From Epithemia pelagica (Eukaryota; Protista; Bacillariophyta), in contig OX337229.1 in NCBI GenBank assembly GCA_946965045.2, positions 558,001-622,000 of the forward strand: 64,000 nt of DNA, written 5' to 3'. Under the pieces are notes generated by a model. It was given only the letters and a program-made list of their open reading frames with translations, searched no databases and had not been told where the DNA came from. A program made the position numbers and the translations under genes. Of the stretch, positions 12,209-24,200 are shown in pieces. Position 1 is the first letter of the stretch; every line of letters begins with the position of its first letter.

Positions 12209-12410
12209 GGACCCGATCCGGCTCGGCAATTTCCTTGCGGAGTTTGGCAAACCGTCGTACGGGATCGTTGGGGGGCACCAAAGTCCAGGCTTGACCGGAT
12301 TTGCCGGCTCGAGCTGTGCGTCCACATCGATGAACATAGGTTCGAGCATAGCGGGGAATATTGTAATTCACCACCAAGGCAATAGTATTCAAATCAATTC
12401 CTCGAGACAT
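12209..12410 (-). pseudogene. DDX51: Duplicated 202-bp fragment of DDX51 (motif V-VI region)
   Basis: Aligns without gaps to 8718-8919 with 14 substitutions. Homology stops abruptly on both sides. Confidence 0.9.
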
Positions 12411-12598
12411 TACAATTATATAAGAGAAGGGAAACCGATTACTGAGGTTATAGGTCCAACGATACATACACCCTGTATATAGTTCCTGTTCGAAAGCGCC
12501 AACACACATAGATGAAAACAAGAGGACGTGAAGCTTCCTCTGCAGTGCTGTTCACGTACAAGAACAAGAAGGGGTGAACGTGTGAACCCCCATTTCTT

Positions 12599-13834
12599 CT
12601 ACACGCATTCGGGTGGAAACATTTCTTCAAAACTATCGTCCTGAATGGCGTCTTGTAAAATTTGTTGGGTTCGAGATTTCAATGACGAGGAATCGTCCAT
12701 GGCAGCCACATGCCACTGCGTGGTTTCCACTGTGGTATTCAAAAGAACCAATCCACATAGCAATTCCTGCTCACTGGGTCGAGGGCACTCTACATGAATC
12801 AAACAGCAACACAAGTGAGTCGACATGTCATCATTTTCCATTGCCCATTTGGATCACATCGGGTGCAGCTACTTACGGACAAAGAGGGATGAGAGGACGG
12901 TCGCTGTGATTTGAAATGGACAGTTCAGTGTCGTTTCCAAACGTCGATGTTTCCCTCCAAATCCCGGTTCTTCTACGGACCCAGACAATGACGCCGACAT
13001 GGGCATCATTGTATTAGTGGTCATCCTGGAATGGTCACGATTCTCATTCATGGTTCGTTCTGGATCGAGCACTCCTTTCGAATGAGACGGATGTACCAAC
13101 GGACGAAGACGTGAATACGATGGAATAGGGCGTTTCGTCGTTGGGTCAACATTAGCGTCCAGTCCCCGATTGGGATGAGACTCGCTTGTTTGGAGTGGTA
13201 CAATGGTCGAATCGCACCCCAACCCACGCCGAAGGTTCCCTTTTACGGCCGATTCCAAACATGTCCCAATGATATCCTAAAAGTTTGGGGAACAACAACA
13301 CATCAAGAATCCATTCATGAGCCACAGACTATGCAACGAATCGGATTCCGGGTTCGAAGGACCTCCATTCCAGATCAAGTGACGTACCTGTGAAACATTT
13401 TTGGGATCAAACTGCACAATGACATCAAAGGTAAACGACGTTTTCACTGTCATGTCATTCATGACATGAAAACACAAATTGGAAAGAATGCCATGTTCCT
13501 CTTCCTCTTGTGGCACTGTACGCAAGGTAATGACAGGCTCCCGTCCACACATGGCTGGATTGGACGCGCAGGCGGCCCAATAAAAGAGTGCCACCGAACC
13601 CAAATCCAACCGGGCAAACTCCTCCGTCATCCCTGTCGGTTGTTCCATCGTTGTCGAAAGGATACGCCGAAACTCGAGATAGTCGGATTGCGTCACAAAA
13701 AGACCATCTGTCGATGACGCCTCCAGCGCATTCTGACAAGTCCCCAGGGCAGCATTCAAACGACGGTGGTTCTGTGCGTCACCACTGCCACGCGTGACGA
13801 AACTCAATACAAGTAAAACAGGAATCCATATCAT
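12599..13834 (-). CDS. Secreted hypothetical protein, 3 exons (13834-13388, 13276-12877, 12789-12599)
   Basis: Signal-peptide-like MIWIPVLLVLSFVTRGSG. Introns 13387-13277 (GTACGT...TTTTAG, phase 0) and 12876-12790 (GTAAGT...ATGTAG, phase 1) join three ORF-track pieces in frame. Confidence 0.78.
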
Positions 13835-14900
13835 CCGTAGTGACAGAATCCTCATCATTGTCGTTGTTGACGTTCTTATTTGACTGTGTTTGATATCTCA
13901 CCAACTCTCTTGCGCCGATTCTTGTTCTTGCCACAATGTCTCTTCTTTTGCTCGCTCTGTGGCATTCTCTGGTCTCGCAGAAATCATGAGGTTTTGTGAT
14001 GGTGCACTGATGATTCATCGATTACCACATACATTGGTTTGGTTGCCGTTCCCCACCATCAATTCCTGCGAACGGCAAGCGTTCAACGCTTGGGACACGG
14101 AACGGGTTCCCCATTGTCGTTTTGCAAACACTGCTCAACGGCCGAGTCCATGGTCCATTTGCAACGATGCGTTGTGCCCCGAGTCCCCCATGGTTCATCC
14201 AGTGCAAAACATCATTCGACCAAAATAGTTGGTAGGGAGAATCTGTTGCGTCCCCCCAATGACGGGTGTGACGTATTCGCGTTTCGGTCGCGTTGCGTGT
14301 ACGACTCCGCCGCTCGACTCCAACTAGCCACTCGTGCAGTAGCTAGGAGTTGCAGGCCGTTGGACATGATGACCATGAGGATTCTGCAATCGAGAAAGAT
14401 GGCGCAACTCCGAAGTCGAACCTCGAATATATCGATCTGAAAACAGTGTACGTTCATGCTTGTTGTTTGGATCGTGAGAGTGAGTCGATGTATAGTTTTT
14501 TTTGAAATGGTCTAGTCTATGGAGAATAACATACTTGAAGAATGCAAGGTTATGGACAGTTTAACGTAGCTACAGTTATATGCAAACAAAAAGAACAGAG
14601 AGATTTCTAGCAGAGACGACATTGCACGAATAAGTTTTGGGTACCGTTCCAGTATGGAGAGAACTGGGTTCCATGGAACCAAAAAAGAAGGGTTTTTCCG
14701 CTGGAACTCATCCTCACTGACGATAGCACAATCCCATAATCATTCTTTGGAGCGTATAGGCACGTTTCTTCTTCTTTTTTCTCTTTATTCCACGAGACTA
14801 AAGGACAAGTTGCGAACCGATCGTCCTCGTGTGGGAAATCGACCTCCCACGGCTGTACTGCTCGTCGATGTCGTGGATTGGGCCGAAAAACTTCGCGACA

Positions 14901-15380
14901 CTAGGGCAGCCCCTGTCGACTGGCACGAAGCGATCGCAGTTTGGGACGTCCTCCCGTTGCCGGTGTAGTTGTAGTCATTGTAGTGCTGCTAGACGCTTGG
15001 GGGGTCGTGGACGCCGGAAACGATGTCGGCAGATTGGCATTGGAGGATGACTCCAGCGAGGAGGATGGTTCGGTAGACGTGTGCTGATCGGTTTTCCACG
15101 AATCTTGAAAGACATAGAGAATATCCGTGGTGGTACTTTCATCACTCCACATGACACTGGCCCCCAAATCGGCACGCAAATAGGATCGATTGGCCTGTTC
15201 TTCCGCCGAGGCATCGCAAAAGGAATCGCAATCATCGTCATCGTCGTCATCGCTAAAATCATCCAAGGAGCCCTCCTCCAATGACTCTTCATCGGCTGCT
15301 TCATCATGTTGAACGGTACTTTCATCGTCATCGGAACATCGCGAGGCTGTATTGAGTGTTTGTTTGGAATGCCACGATCG

Positions 15381-15412
<32 letters not shown>

Positions 15413-15908
15413 GCTGTGTCGCAGTAGTAGAAGTCGTACGACTATTGAGACTGGTGGTTCGAAAGGGACCCTGATGACTGTCGTGCCGATCCGAATCCAA
15501 ACAATCCCGTTCTTGTTGCAACCACTCATCCGGGGTACTGGCAGTCTCACCCCCTCGCAGTCGCTTCTTTTTCTTTTGCTGTTGTTGGTGTGCCCACGAG
15601 GCTGATGAGGCCGAGGCCAAGGACGAGACACCATTGCTATAGGTTCGTGGCAAGGCGGCGCCGGCCAAAAAGGTGGTGGGGGTATCGACCAATTTGGTCC
15701 CCAAACTCAATCGTCGTGGTGTTTTGGGCTGGGCATAGTCTTGAGAATCTTCTTCGGGAAATAACAAATGAGCGGCCCATGCAGCCGTATCAGTGGGAGA
15801 CGAAAAGGACGACCCGGCCAAACTGGAATTGTCCAAGGACGATCGCCGTCGTTCCACCACACGAGGACGATGGAAACTAATTTCAATCGTTTGTTCGAGA
15901 GGATGCAT
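14901..15908 (-). CDS. Low-complexity hypothetical protein (poly-Q, acidic block)
   Basis: Part of the 410-aa ORF; plausible ATG at MHPLEQ. Composition and microsatellite-encoded tracts match neighbouring genes. Confidence 0.7.
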
Positions 15909-16979
15909 ATTGAAACTCTTGTAGATGTGTAACTGTGTGTGTATCTGTGTGTGTCTCTGTGTTTGGTTGGTTGTATGGAGCTCTTTCGAGAGGCGAAAGA
16001 GGAACAAGAGGTTGGCAGGATTTTGACGGGTCTGCTTCGATCCGTATTCACTCGTTGTGTCGTTTTCTGTGGGACAAGCCGTCACAAGAACAACAACAGC
16101 AATCAGAACGGCAGGGAGCTCTGCAACGGTCAAGGTAGCTTTGGACTACTACACTCTATAGAAAGCAGGACACACAACAATCAAGACTGCCTGTGCATGC
16201 ACTGTTCGAATCGTCGCTTTTGTTAGAGAATATCAGCCGGCAGAGAAAGTAGATGCTCGTAGTCGTAGGGCTCGACTTTTTGTCACTTGCATCCTGTTTA
16301 TTTTCCAGTGCCCTGCTGTCCTTTGTTTGTCTCGTGTGTCTGCCACAAAGAGAGAGAGGTTCCGACCGTTGCCCGACAAAGGTCGTTTGTCGTCTTTTTT
16401 TCTGTTGGGGGTCGTTCCATTGTTGTCCGACATGCTACTCTTTCCCATACAGTTTGGGTCTTTCTCAATATAATTCTGAGCATCCCCCAGCACAATAATT
16501 CTGTACAGATTTCCGAAGGGCTCAATGACTCCGGACATAACGGAGTTGCTCAACGGATCTGATTCTTGTGAGGGAATAAAGAGTGGGCATAGGAAACCAA
16601 CAGTCATTTGCGTGAAGGCTTAATTGATGTTAAGTGTGTTTCACTACGAGCTCCATCAATCGATATGTTGGCGCTCAGTTGCCCGTCCTTCACCTCGGTG
16701 AAACTTCCGGCCCAACGAGATTCACTTCACAATACATTTTCCTAAAGTAAAATGAATTGCCCCACATCGACAACATATTTTCTCGTAAGGTTAGTCTACC
16801 TCGCACTCCTACCGATGAACCTTTCACCATGACGTGGAGGCGCTTCCCCTTTCTGTGCGAGAAGTAAAAGTACTAGGACTACGAGTAAATCAAACTGTAC
16901 AAACGGCTTCCTAATGATAAGCCTATATTAGGTTGCTACCATCACTGCTGCTTGTTGTCCTCGTTGTTATCGGGGATTG

Positions 16980-17400
16980 GTTCACTCGGCCGAAACGAGG
17001 AGTTCGTTGTTGCGTTTGGTGTCGTTGCCGCGGCACAGGGTTGTCTCGTGAGGCCGTGAGAAAGATGGAGTTGATTGTCGCGTGTTGTTATCGTTGTTGT
17101 CGTCGGCGCGTGTTGTCGGTGGTGTCGCCGAGTGTTTCGTTCGGTGACAGCGAGTAGTTGATTGTTGCATTGGGGTTGTCGAGAGTTTCGTGCGGCGGCA
17201 GCGAGTAGTTGATTGTCGCGTTGTCGCATGTCATTGTCGTCGCTTGTCGTTGTTGCCGCTTGCTGTCTTGTCGCATGTCGTTGTCGCCGCTTGCTGTAGG
17301 GCACAGCCGGAACGAGGAGTGAATTGTTGAGTATGGTGTTGTTGTGATGGTCGCCACTCGTTGTCGTTGTCGTTGACACCGCTCGTTGTTGATGTCGCTA
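16980..17400. repeat. Patchwork of short dispersed direct repeats in strongly GT-skewed sequence
   Basis: CAGCGAGTAGTTGATTGT at 17148 and 17199 (51-bp spacing). GCCG(A/G)AACGAGGAGT occurs twice. Many TGTCG/TGTTG units. Confidence 0.6.
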
Positions 17401-18849
17401 CTTGTTGTTTCCGCTTTGCCTCGTTTGGGCTGTAGAACTGTGGAACCAAAAGAAACATAGCGCATTTGATTGTTGCGTTGTTGTTTGGTGTCGTTGTTGT
17501 GCCACAAAGTTTTCCGAACACAAGGGAGAAGGAGAAGGACGACCACTTGATCGGATAGCCGCCACCGCAGCTTCGTGGCATCCACTCCTGGATTGACTTG
17601 TTGTTGCATCCATATTACTTGTTCTTGTTGTTGCTTTTAGAGAGCTTGTGTAAGGGGTTACTTGTTGTTGTCGTTCCTTGGAAGCCAGAGTTTGTTGCTG
17701 TTGTTGTTATTGTCGAAACGATCCGTCTGATTGCTGTGTGCGGTTTTTGCAACTCTGCCATGCCTCATTGAGCTATATCAAAGCTTCCAATGAAACCACC
17801 CCGCAATCTTCGTTCATCCCATCATCATTTGACTCCAATCGTTGTCATCACCTTGCTTCCTTCTAGCCCAAAATATGGAAGACTTCAGAACCTTGCCGTA
17901 GGTCGATGAAACTAGCCAACTCATCCCTTCCCGTCCATTCCCTCACGGTACACATGAAGATCAAGCTTCCTGGATGGTCGGCGGAGTGCTAGCACCTTTC
18001 GTTGAAGGTGCACAGCGGTTCTTGTTGTCCATGGTGGTGTTATGCAGTGCAAAATGACCATTGTGCTCTTCCTACGAAGCTAGAATCACTATAGAGAAAA
18101 CAGTGGGGGCCTGAAAAGAACGGGCAACTGAGCGCCAACATATCGATTGATGGAGCTCGTACACTGCTCGGAATTGCGCTCCGACACTGGAGAATCTTTT
18201 TGGCACGAAAGATAGCAAAGCGATTGGTTGGTCCAGTCTACTACAGGGGATGAATCGAGCATCGTCACATTTTGGGCTGCTCTCTGTAGATTCAACCAAG
18301 CAACTCAACTCCTTCTAATATAGAGCAATAGCTTGTCTTTCTCTCCAAACCATAATGTAGAGACGAATCACAATTTTTTACAAAAAGTTTGAGACGGGAG
18401 CGTTGATGATGACACACAGCGTCTTTTTCGAGAAACGTGTCTCACATCTCACATCCCACTCTATAATACCTATTCGACGATCCTTTGTAACGATAACAAC
18501 GACTATTAGACACTTGTTGTTGTTGTTGTTGTGGTGGTGGTTGGAATCGTTTGTGGAACACAAAACAGATGCACTCGAGATTTCCAAACAAGAATCTAAC
18601 CCAGTGTGTCGTTGATGCCAAGCAACGAATCCATTCCATGGCAAGATCGAGTCTCGGCAGCGTTTCTGTCGGCAAAGACCTTGTCTGTTTGTAGCATCTG
18701 AGTGACAGTGAGAGGCCCTGCACTGCCAGGAAAATGGACTAGGCTCACTCGTCTTTGCTTTAAGAACAGGCAGTGAGTTGCTTCTCCATCAAGTAGTTTG
18801 GACAACCTCCTCATCAACTGTCTCCACGGCGTGGCAAAAAAAGTCTCTG

Positions 18850-20493
18850 TTAGGAAAGATCTGTTTTGCTCAATTGTTCCAAGGATTCATTCCATTCACG
18901 TTGTGTCGGAAAGGGTGTGGGGAAGAACCGGTCTCGTTGTCGTCGAATGTCGGCAAAGGGAACGAGTGATGTCGTCAATAAGGTTTGCAACGGCAATTGT
19001 CCAATGCCCCATCGACCTCGAAAAATGGAATCGCGCAAGGTCGTCACGGCTTGACGAATGCGTTGTCGTACGGTAGTGGATACTGGTCCAAAGGATAAAT
19101 CGTACAAGGCGTGGCCTTCGGGAACTTGACGTTGCGAATACGACACCAAACTGGCTTGCAGTGCCTCGGTCTTGTTTTGCCGCAGTTGAAAATTAGAGAT
19201 CAAACAATCGGCCAACACTTTGGCATCGGTCAAGGCCGAATTGACGCCCTGTCCGGACACTCCCCCCGTGGCATGGGCGGCATCTCCCACCAAGGCTACA
19301 GTGGACGAATAGTGATAGGTATTGCACACCACGGATGCGGCCGTCGAGACTGGGACCTGCGCCAATTGGGCAGCGGCCGTGTCGAGGGCAATCCCCTGCA
19401 AGAGCGGAAATCGCTTCGACAATTCCTCTTGGAGTTGTGTCTCATTCGTCGAAGCAAGAAGTGTATCGTTGGCCGATCGACCAGCCACCAAAACACAACA
19501 TCCTTGATTCACGGTCGGTTCGACAAAGGCGGTACAGGTCCCGGATTTGGGCACGAGGAGCGCCACGGCCGTGGGATCCAATTTGGGTGGCATGTGACCG
19601 AGTTGAACGACTTTGAATACACCGGGCAGAATGGATTTGGTCGTTGCAAAGGCGGGCCACGTCTCTTGCAGGCTTTGTCGTACCATGGAATTGACCCCAT
19701 CGCAACCCACAATCAAATCGTACGACGACGACGACGACGAGTCTGGCGTCGAAGGATTGCTGCTACTTTTTGTTGTCGTTGTCGTTGTCAAGATCCGACC
19801 CTGCCGTAGATCAACACCGGTCACTTTGGTATCGTACTGAATCGACACTTGTGGTTGTTGTTGTTGCTGTTGAGGAGTTTGAGTCGCCCAACGGTATTCC
19901 AATTCCTCCAACAAGACACGACACAAATCACTTTGGTACAAGAGCATGGACGGTTCGGCGGCTGTCTCATTTGTGGCCGTGGTGGTTGATTTGTTCTTTT
20001 GGCCATCTCGCAATCGCAACCGAAACGGTCCGACATGAAGATGAAATCGTTCACTGGCAAAACCAACCTGTTGCACCGCCTTCCACAAGGATGATTCTTG
20101 ATTTTTGTTGTTATTGTTGTGGTCGACGGATTGAATCGCCGTTCGTCCTCGCATACCAATGCCCAAGGCATAGGCTCGAGATTCTTTGGATACTTGCTTT
20201 TGAGGTCGTGATCGCGATTCAAACAAGGACACATGGGCTCCATTCGATACCAATTTGTGGGCCAATAACAACCCCGAAGGACCTCCGCCCACAATCGCCA
20301 CCGTCAATCCATTCAAGGCAGTGTTTTCGTTGTTCGACAAGGTGGTGGTTGATTTTGTCGAGAAAAGGGAAATGCTGTTCCTAAACCTGGTATTCGAAAA
20401 CGAATCTCTGGGAGGCACAAAACATGTTGTAGAATTCGGCCCAAACAAGCATGAGAGAATGAAAAAAAGGCGAAAGGAAAGGTAGAACGTCAT
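18850..20493 (-). CDS. FAD-dependent monooxygenase (kynurenine 3-monooxygenase-like family), probable plastid-targeting presequence
   Basis: VAIVGGGPSG, DLIVGCDGVNSMVR, VALVGDAAHA...GQGVNSAL. N-terminus MTFYLSFRLFFILSCLFGPNSTTC|FVP followed by an S/T/R-rich stretch. Confidence 0.88.
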   Translation of the reverse strand: MTFYLSFRLFFILSCLFGPNSTTCFVPPRDSFSNTRFRNSISLFSTKSTTTLSNNENTALNGLTVAIVGGGPSGLLLAHKLVSNGAHVSLFESRSRPQKQVSKESRAYALGIGMRGRTAIQSVDHNNNNKNQESSLWKAVQQVGFASERFHLHVGPFRLRLRDGQKNKSTTTATNETAAEPSMLLYQSDLCRVLLEELEYRWATQTPQQQQQQPQVSIQYDTKVTGVDLRQGRILTTTTTTKSSSNPSTPDSSSSSSYDLIVGCDGVNSMVRQSLQETWPAFATTKSILPGVFKVVQLGHMPPKLDPTAVALLVPKSGTCTAFVEPTVNQGCCVLVAGRSANDTLLASTNETQLQEELSKRFPLLQGIALDTAAAQLAQVPVSTAASVVCNTYHYSSTVALVGDAAHATGGVSGQGVNSALTDAKVLADCLISNFQLRQNKTEALQASLVSYSQRQVPEGHALYDLSFGPVSTTVRQRIRQAVTTLRDSIFRGRWGIGQLPLQTLLTTSLVPFADIRRQRDRFFPTPFPTQREWNESLEQLSKTDLS

Positions 20494-20515
20494 TGTGGTT
20501 CGGTATGTGATGTGC

Positions 20516-21361
20516 ATAAAAGATTTTTGGAAGTTGACGATATCTTTCGTGGTTTGGGGGATTGTAGCCCCCCAAAATAAAGATGACAGCCCCCTAATAT
20601 TTGATGCTAGTCTTACTATGCGCTGTGAACAGCAACGAATCTACTAGAGGAGTACAATAACCCAGTAACTGGAGTGTCGCCCTCGTCGATCTGGCTAGTG
20701 GATGCTTCGGGATGCGACAAATGGATTTGAATACTGCCGTAGGTCTATTAGAGCTATCGTTTCTCCCCAGAAAGCCGTTGTTCTGTCACCAAATTGGTTC
20801 CGGACGACTGCCTCACCCAAACACATGTTCTATTTTATACATTGAGATTGCTCCCCTCGCACCCTTCAGAGACCTCTCGATGGATGATCCCCCATCATCC
20901 TACCATAAACAAATCCCGCTACTACACAAACGACACCTGTCTTGACAAGAATCATCATTCTTAGTCTCGAAATCTCATGACAGCGGCACACAGAATCCCC
21001 ATAAAGCCAAGGCTCGCGGCCAAACCACCGTCGATCCAATGCAAGAGGAGTTCACTGGTACAAAATAAGGCAAAAAAGAGAATCAAGGCAAACAGCAGGG
21101 CCAAGAGAGCAATGGAGGCGCCATATCCTGGTACGGTCGTGTCTCAAAGAAAAAGTAAATAAACTGCGGACCAAAGGGTTTGTTCCACAACAGGGTGGCA
21201 TTCCAAGAAAAAACGGAATCATCATCATTGTCTCTTATTCTGCGCCGGATGATCTCTTGCCGTCTTGGTGGTTGTGATTGGATCCAAGAGCGTTTGATCC
21301 TGTACTTTGGTCACGAAAAAGATACCCACCAAGAAGCAAAAATTAAAAATTGCCACCAATA
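20516..21361 (-). repeat. Inverted, block-swapped duplicate of 28032-28864
   Basis: 20516-~21206 is the reverse complement of 28690 down to 28032. ~21208-21361 is the reverse complement of 28864 down to 28688. It contains a dead copy of the 3' end of the 27240 gene, with a 2-nt insertion. Confidence 0.92.
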
Positions 21362-21554
21362 GACTATGGATGAATGACGTTTGTTCAGCCTACTCTTTGG
21401 AGCACAGTGCTTTTCGAAGGATCGCGGGTTCTTCTCTCGACAATGATAGATCCTCATTGAACCGTACAAGAGAAGCTGATCGTCGTCTCTACTCTCCGAA
21501 ATAATACAACAAAAATCGAATAGCAGTGTTCCAAAAGACGAAGAAGAAGAAGGA

Positions 21555-23867
21555 ATGGTGGTCAAGGTGATTGATTTCTCAACGGCCTCGCCGTCGTCCG
21601 CCTTGAATCCCTTATCGGCCCAGGTACGACAGTATATCTGGGAGGAACTCCAACAAGGCTTGCAACAAGAGTCGGTCACAAGCCTCGTCTTGACGGGTGG
21701 GGTGCAACACTTTTCGGCCGGGGCCGATTTGACCGAATTTGGCTCCTTGTCGGCCGCCAATCTATCCACCACCAACAACAACAATAATCGCAGCAACAGT
21801 AAGCCCTTGACCTTGATTGACGTGGTCCAAGCCTTGGAGGATTCTCCCAAGCCCATTGTGGCCGCTATTGCGGGCGCTTGTTTGGGAGGAGGCTTGGAAT
21901 TGGCCTTGGCCTGTCATTATCGTGTGGCCGTATCGGCCAAAAGCAGCAACACAAAATTGGGTCTTCCCGAAGTCCACGTGGGTGTCATTCCGGGAGCGGG
22001 AGCAACTCAACGATTACCAAAGGCCATTGGATTGGCGGCCGCCAGTCAATTGATTTTGACCGGGTCGTCCCTGTCGGCCAAGGCGGCCCTGGCGCAGGGT
22101 CTTTTGGACGATACCGTGGCGACACCGTCCGAATTGCTACCACAAGCCTCGAAATGGGCCCTGTGGGCCGAAGTGTTGCCCCTGACGGATCCACAACGTC
22201 GTCGGTTGGGACGACAAGCCTTACGAGAATCTCCCGCCGTGGCCCACAATATTTTGCAACAAGCCGAATTGTCTTTACCGCGGTTTGGAAACCGTGGATA
22301 TCAAGCGGCTCTCACGGCATTGAGAGCCTCGTATTTGCCATTGGCCCAAGGCATGGAGGTGGAACGAAACTGCTTTTTGGAAACCTTGCTGTCCGAACAA
22401 GGGATTGCCCGACGACATGCCTTTTTTGCGGTACGGCAGGCACAAAAACACGTCTATCCCCAAATTGCCCACGAGTTGATCCAACAAGGACATGCACTCT
22501 TACAGCCACCAAAAACTAAGACAACAACAGCCGTGCCCGTGGCCGTGATTGGTGCCGGAACCATGGGAACGGGGATTTCCATGGTCTTGTTGCAAGCCGG
22601 CTTTCAAGTCACATTGGTTGATGTCCAAGAAACGGCCTTGGCACAGGGCATGAAACTGATTCAACAAACGTTGGAGTCCCAAGTTCGTCGCAAAAAAATT
22701 CCACCGGCCGTCGCGGCCGACCGGATGCAACGAATCCATTCGACCACGCGGCTACAAGACTTGGGACAATGTCAATTGGTGGTGGATGCCATTGTCGAAA
22801 ATATGCGCATCAAACAAGGTGTCTTTCGTACCTTGGATCAAGTCACACCACCGTCTTGTATCTTGGTGAGTAATACCAGTACCTTGGACATTGACGTCAT
22901 GGCATCCGTCCTCCAACCCCAACGACAGAAATGGTTTGTGGGGTGGCACTTTTTTTCACCGGCCAATGTCATGAAATTGGTGGAAATTGTTCGAGGCTCC
23001 CACACCTGTCCGCACGCCATTTCCTTGATGCAACTCTTGTCCAAAAAAATTGGCAAAATTGGTGTCGTGGTGGGCAATTGCGATGGCTTTTGTGGCAATC
23101 GATTGTTGCGGCCCTATACATTGGAGTCCACCTATTTGTTGGAAGAAGGAGTGGCTACTATTGCCCAGGTCGATCAAGCTCTGGTCGAGTTTGGATTTGC
23201 CTTGGGACCCTTTCAAATGGGGGACTTGGCCGGCAATGACGTGGGCTACAATATTCGCAAAGAACGAGGATGGATCGTGGATGCCAAGGACAAGCAGACG
23301 GTTGTACCGGCCAATCGTCCAGCTCGGTACTCGCAAGTCGCCGATGTCATGGTACGAGATTATGGCCGCACTGGACAAAAGGCCGGTAAGGGTTGGTACG
23401 ACTACGATCCCACCATTGGCAAAGGACGCACACCACTGCATTCCCAAGAAATGGCGGGTATTTTGTGGTCGTATGCGGCCAAGCCTCTGGCTGGAGTGGG
23501 TGGCAACACGACGGCTGCCATTGCATCGCCCCACGAAATTGTCTGTCGTTCGTTGTATCCTCTGGTCAATGAAGGATTCAAGTGTTTGGAAGAAGGCATT
23601 TCCTTGCGGCCCAGTGACATTGATGTCGTGTATCTGTACGGCTATGGATGGCCCGCTTGGCGAGGAGGACCCATGCATTGGGCCGACCATCAAGTGGGGT
23701 TGCCGCACATTTTGGCGTGGTTGCAAGACATGTACCGGAAGCATCCCACCTCGGAACAGTTTGCTCCCAGTGCACTGCTGGTGACCTGCGTCCAACAAGG
23801 TGTGACCGTCGAAGAATATTATCGACAACGAGAAAAGGCGGCATCCACTACGCGAAGCAAATTGTAA
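21555..23867 (+). CDS. EHHADH: Peroxisomal bifunctional enzyme (enoyl-CoA hydratase / 3-hydroxyacyl-CoA dehydrogenase)
   Basis: FSAGADL, CLGGGLELALACHYR, GLPEVHVGVIPGAGATQRLP, VIGAGTMG, SNTSTL, GWHFFSPA, GFCGNR. C-terminal SKL (PTS1). Confidence 0.95.
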   Translation: MVVKVIDFSTASPSSALNPLSAQVRQYIWEELQQGLQQESVTSLVLTGGVQHFSAGADLTEFGSLSAANLSTTNNNNNRSNSKPLTLIDVVQALEDSPKPIVAAIAGACLGGGLELALACHYRVAVSAKSSNTKLGLPEVHVGVIPGAGATQRLPKAIGLAAASQLILTGSSLSAKAALAQGLLDDTVATPSELLPQASKWALWAEVLPLTDPQRRRLGRQALRESPAVAHNILQQAELSLPRFGNRGYQAALTALRASYLPLAQGMEVERNCFLETLLSEQGIARRHAFFAVRQAQKHVYPQIAHELIQQGHALLQPPKTKTTTAVPVAVIGAGTMGTGISMVLLQAGFQVTLVDVQETALAQGMKLIQQTLESQVRRKKIPPAVAADRMQRIHSTTRLQDLGQCQLVVDAIVENMRIKQGVFRTLDQVTPPSCILVSNTSTLDIDVMASVLQPQRQKWFVGWHFFSPANVMKLVEIVRGSHTCPHAISLMQLLSKKIGKIGVVVGNCDGFCGNRLLRPYTLESTYLLEEGVATIAQVDQALVEFGFALGPFQMGDLAGNDVGYNIRKERGWIVDAKDKQTVVPANRPARYSQVADVMVRDYGRTGQKAGKGWYDYDPTIGKGRTPLHSQEMAGILWSYAAKPLAGVGGNTTAAIASPHEIVCRSLYPLVNEGFKCLEEGISLRPSDIDVVYLYGYGWPAWRGGPMHWADHQVGLPHILAWLQDMYRKHPTSEQFAPSALLVTCVQQGVTVEEYYRQREKAASTTRSKL

Positions 23868-24200
23868 AATCACACGATTGCGCGTCAAGAAACGTTCCAA
23901 GGACATTACTAGAACTAAACCACTTCTAGATAGTTCTTATTCACCATCCACTGGCTGTCGTTCGTGCAAAAGGTGACCCGAATAATCGACACGGACGATG
24001 CAGCGAGACTTGAAGAGTGGAACCACCCAAGGTACGCTCCTGGACGCGTCAGTCATAGTCTTGCGATCAAGAAGAAGAGACAAAGCCTCTCGAAAACTCT
24101 TTGTCGTGCCACCACTGTTCAGGTGGCAAAACAGCGGTCACTGGCGAAGGAGGAGGAAGAAGCATTTGTGGAAAAATTTTTTCTCATCAAGACGGTTTTG

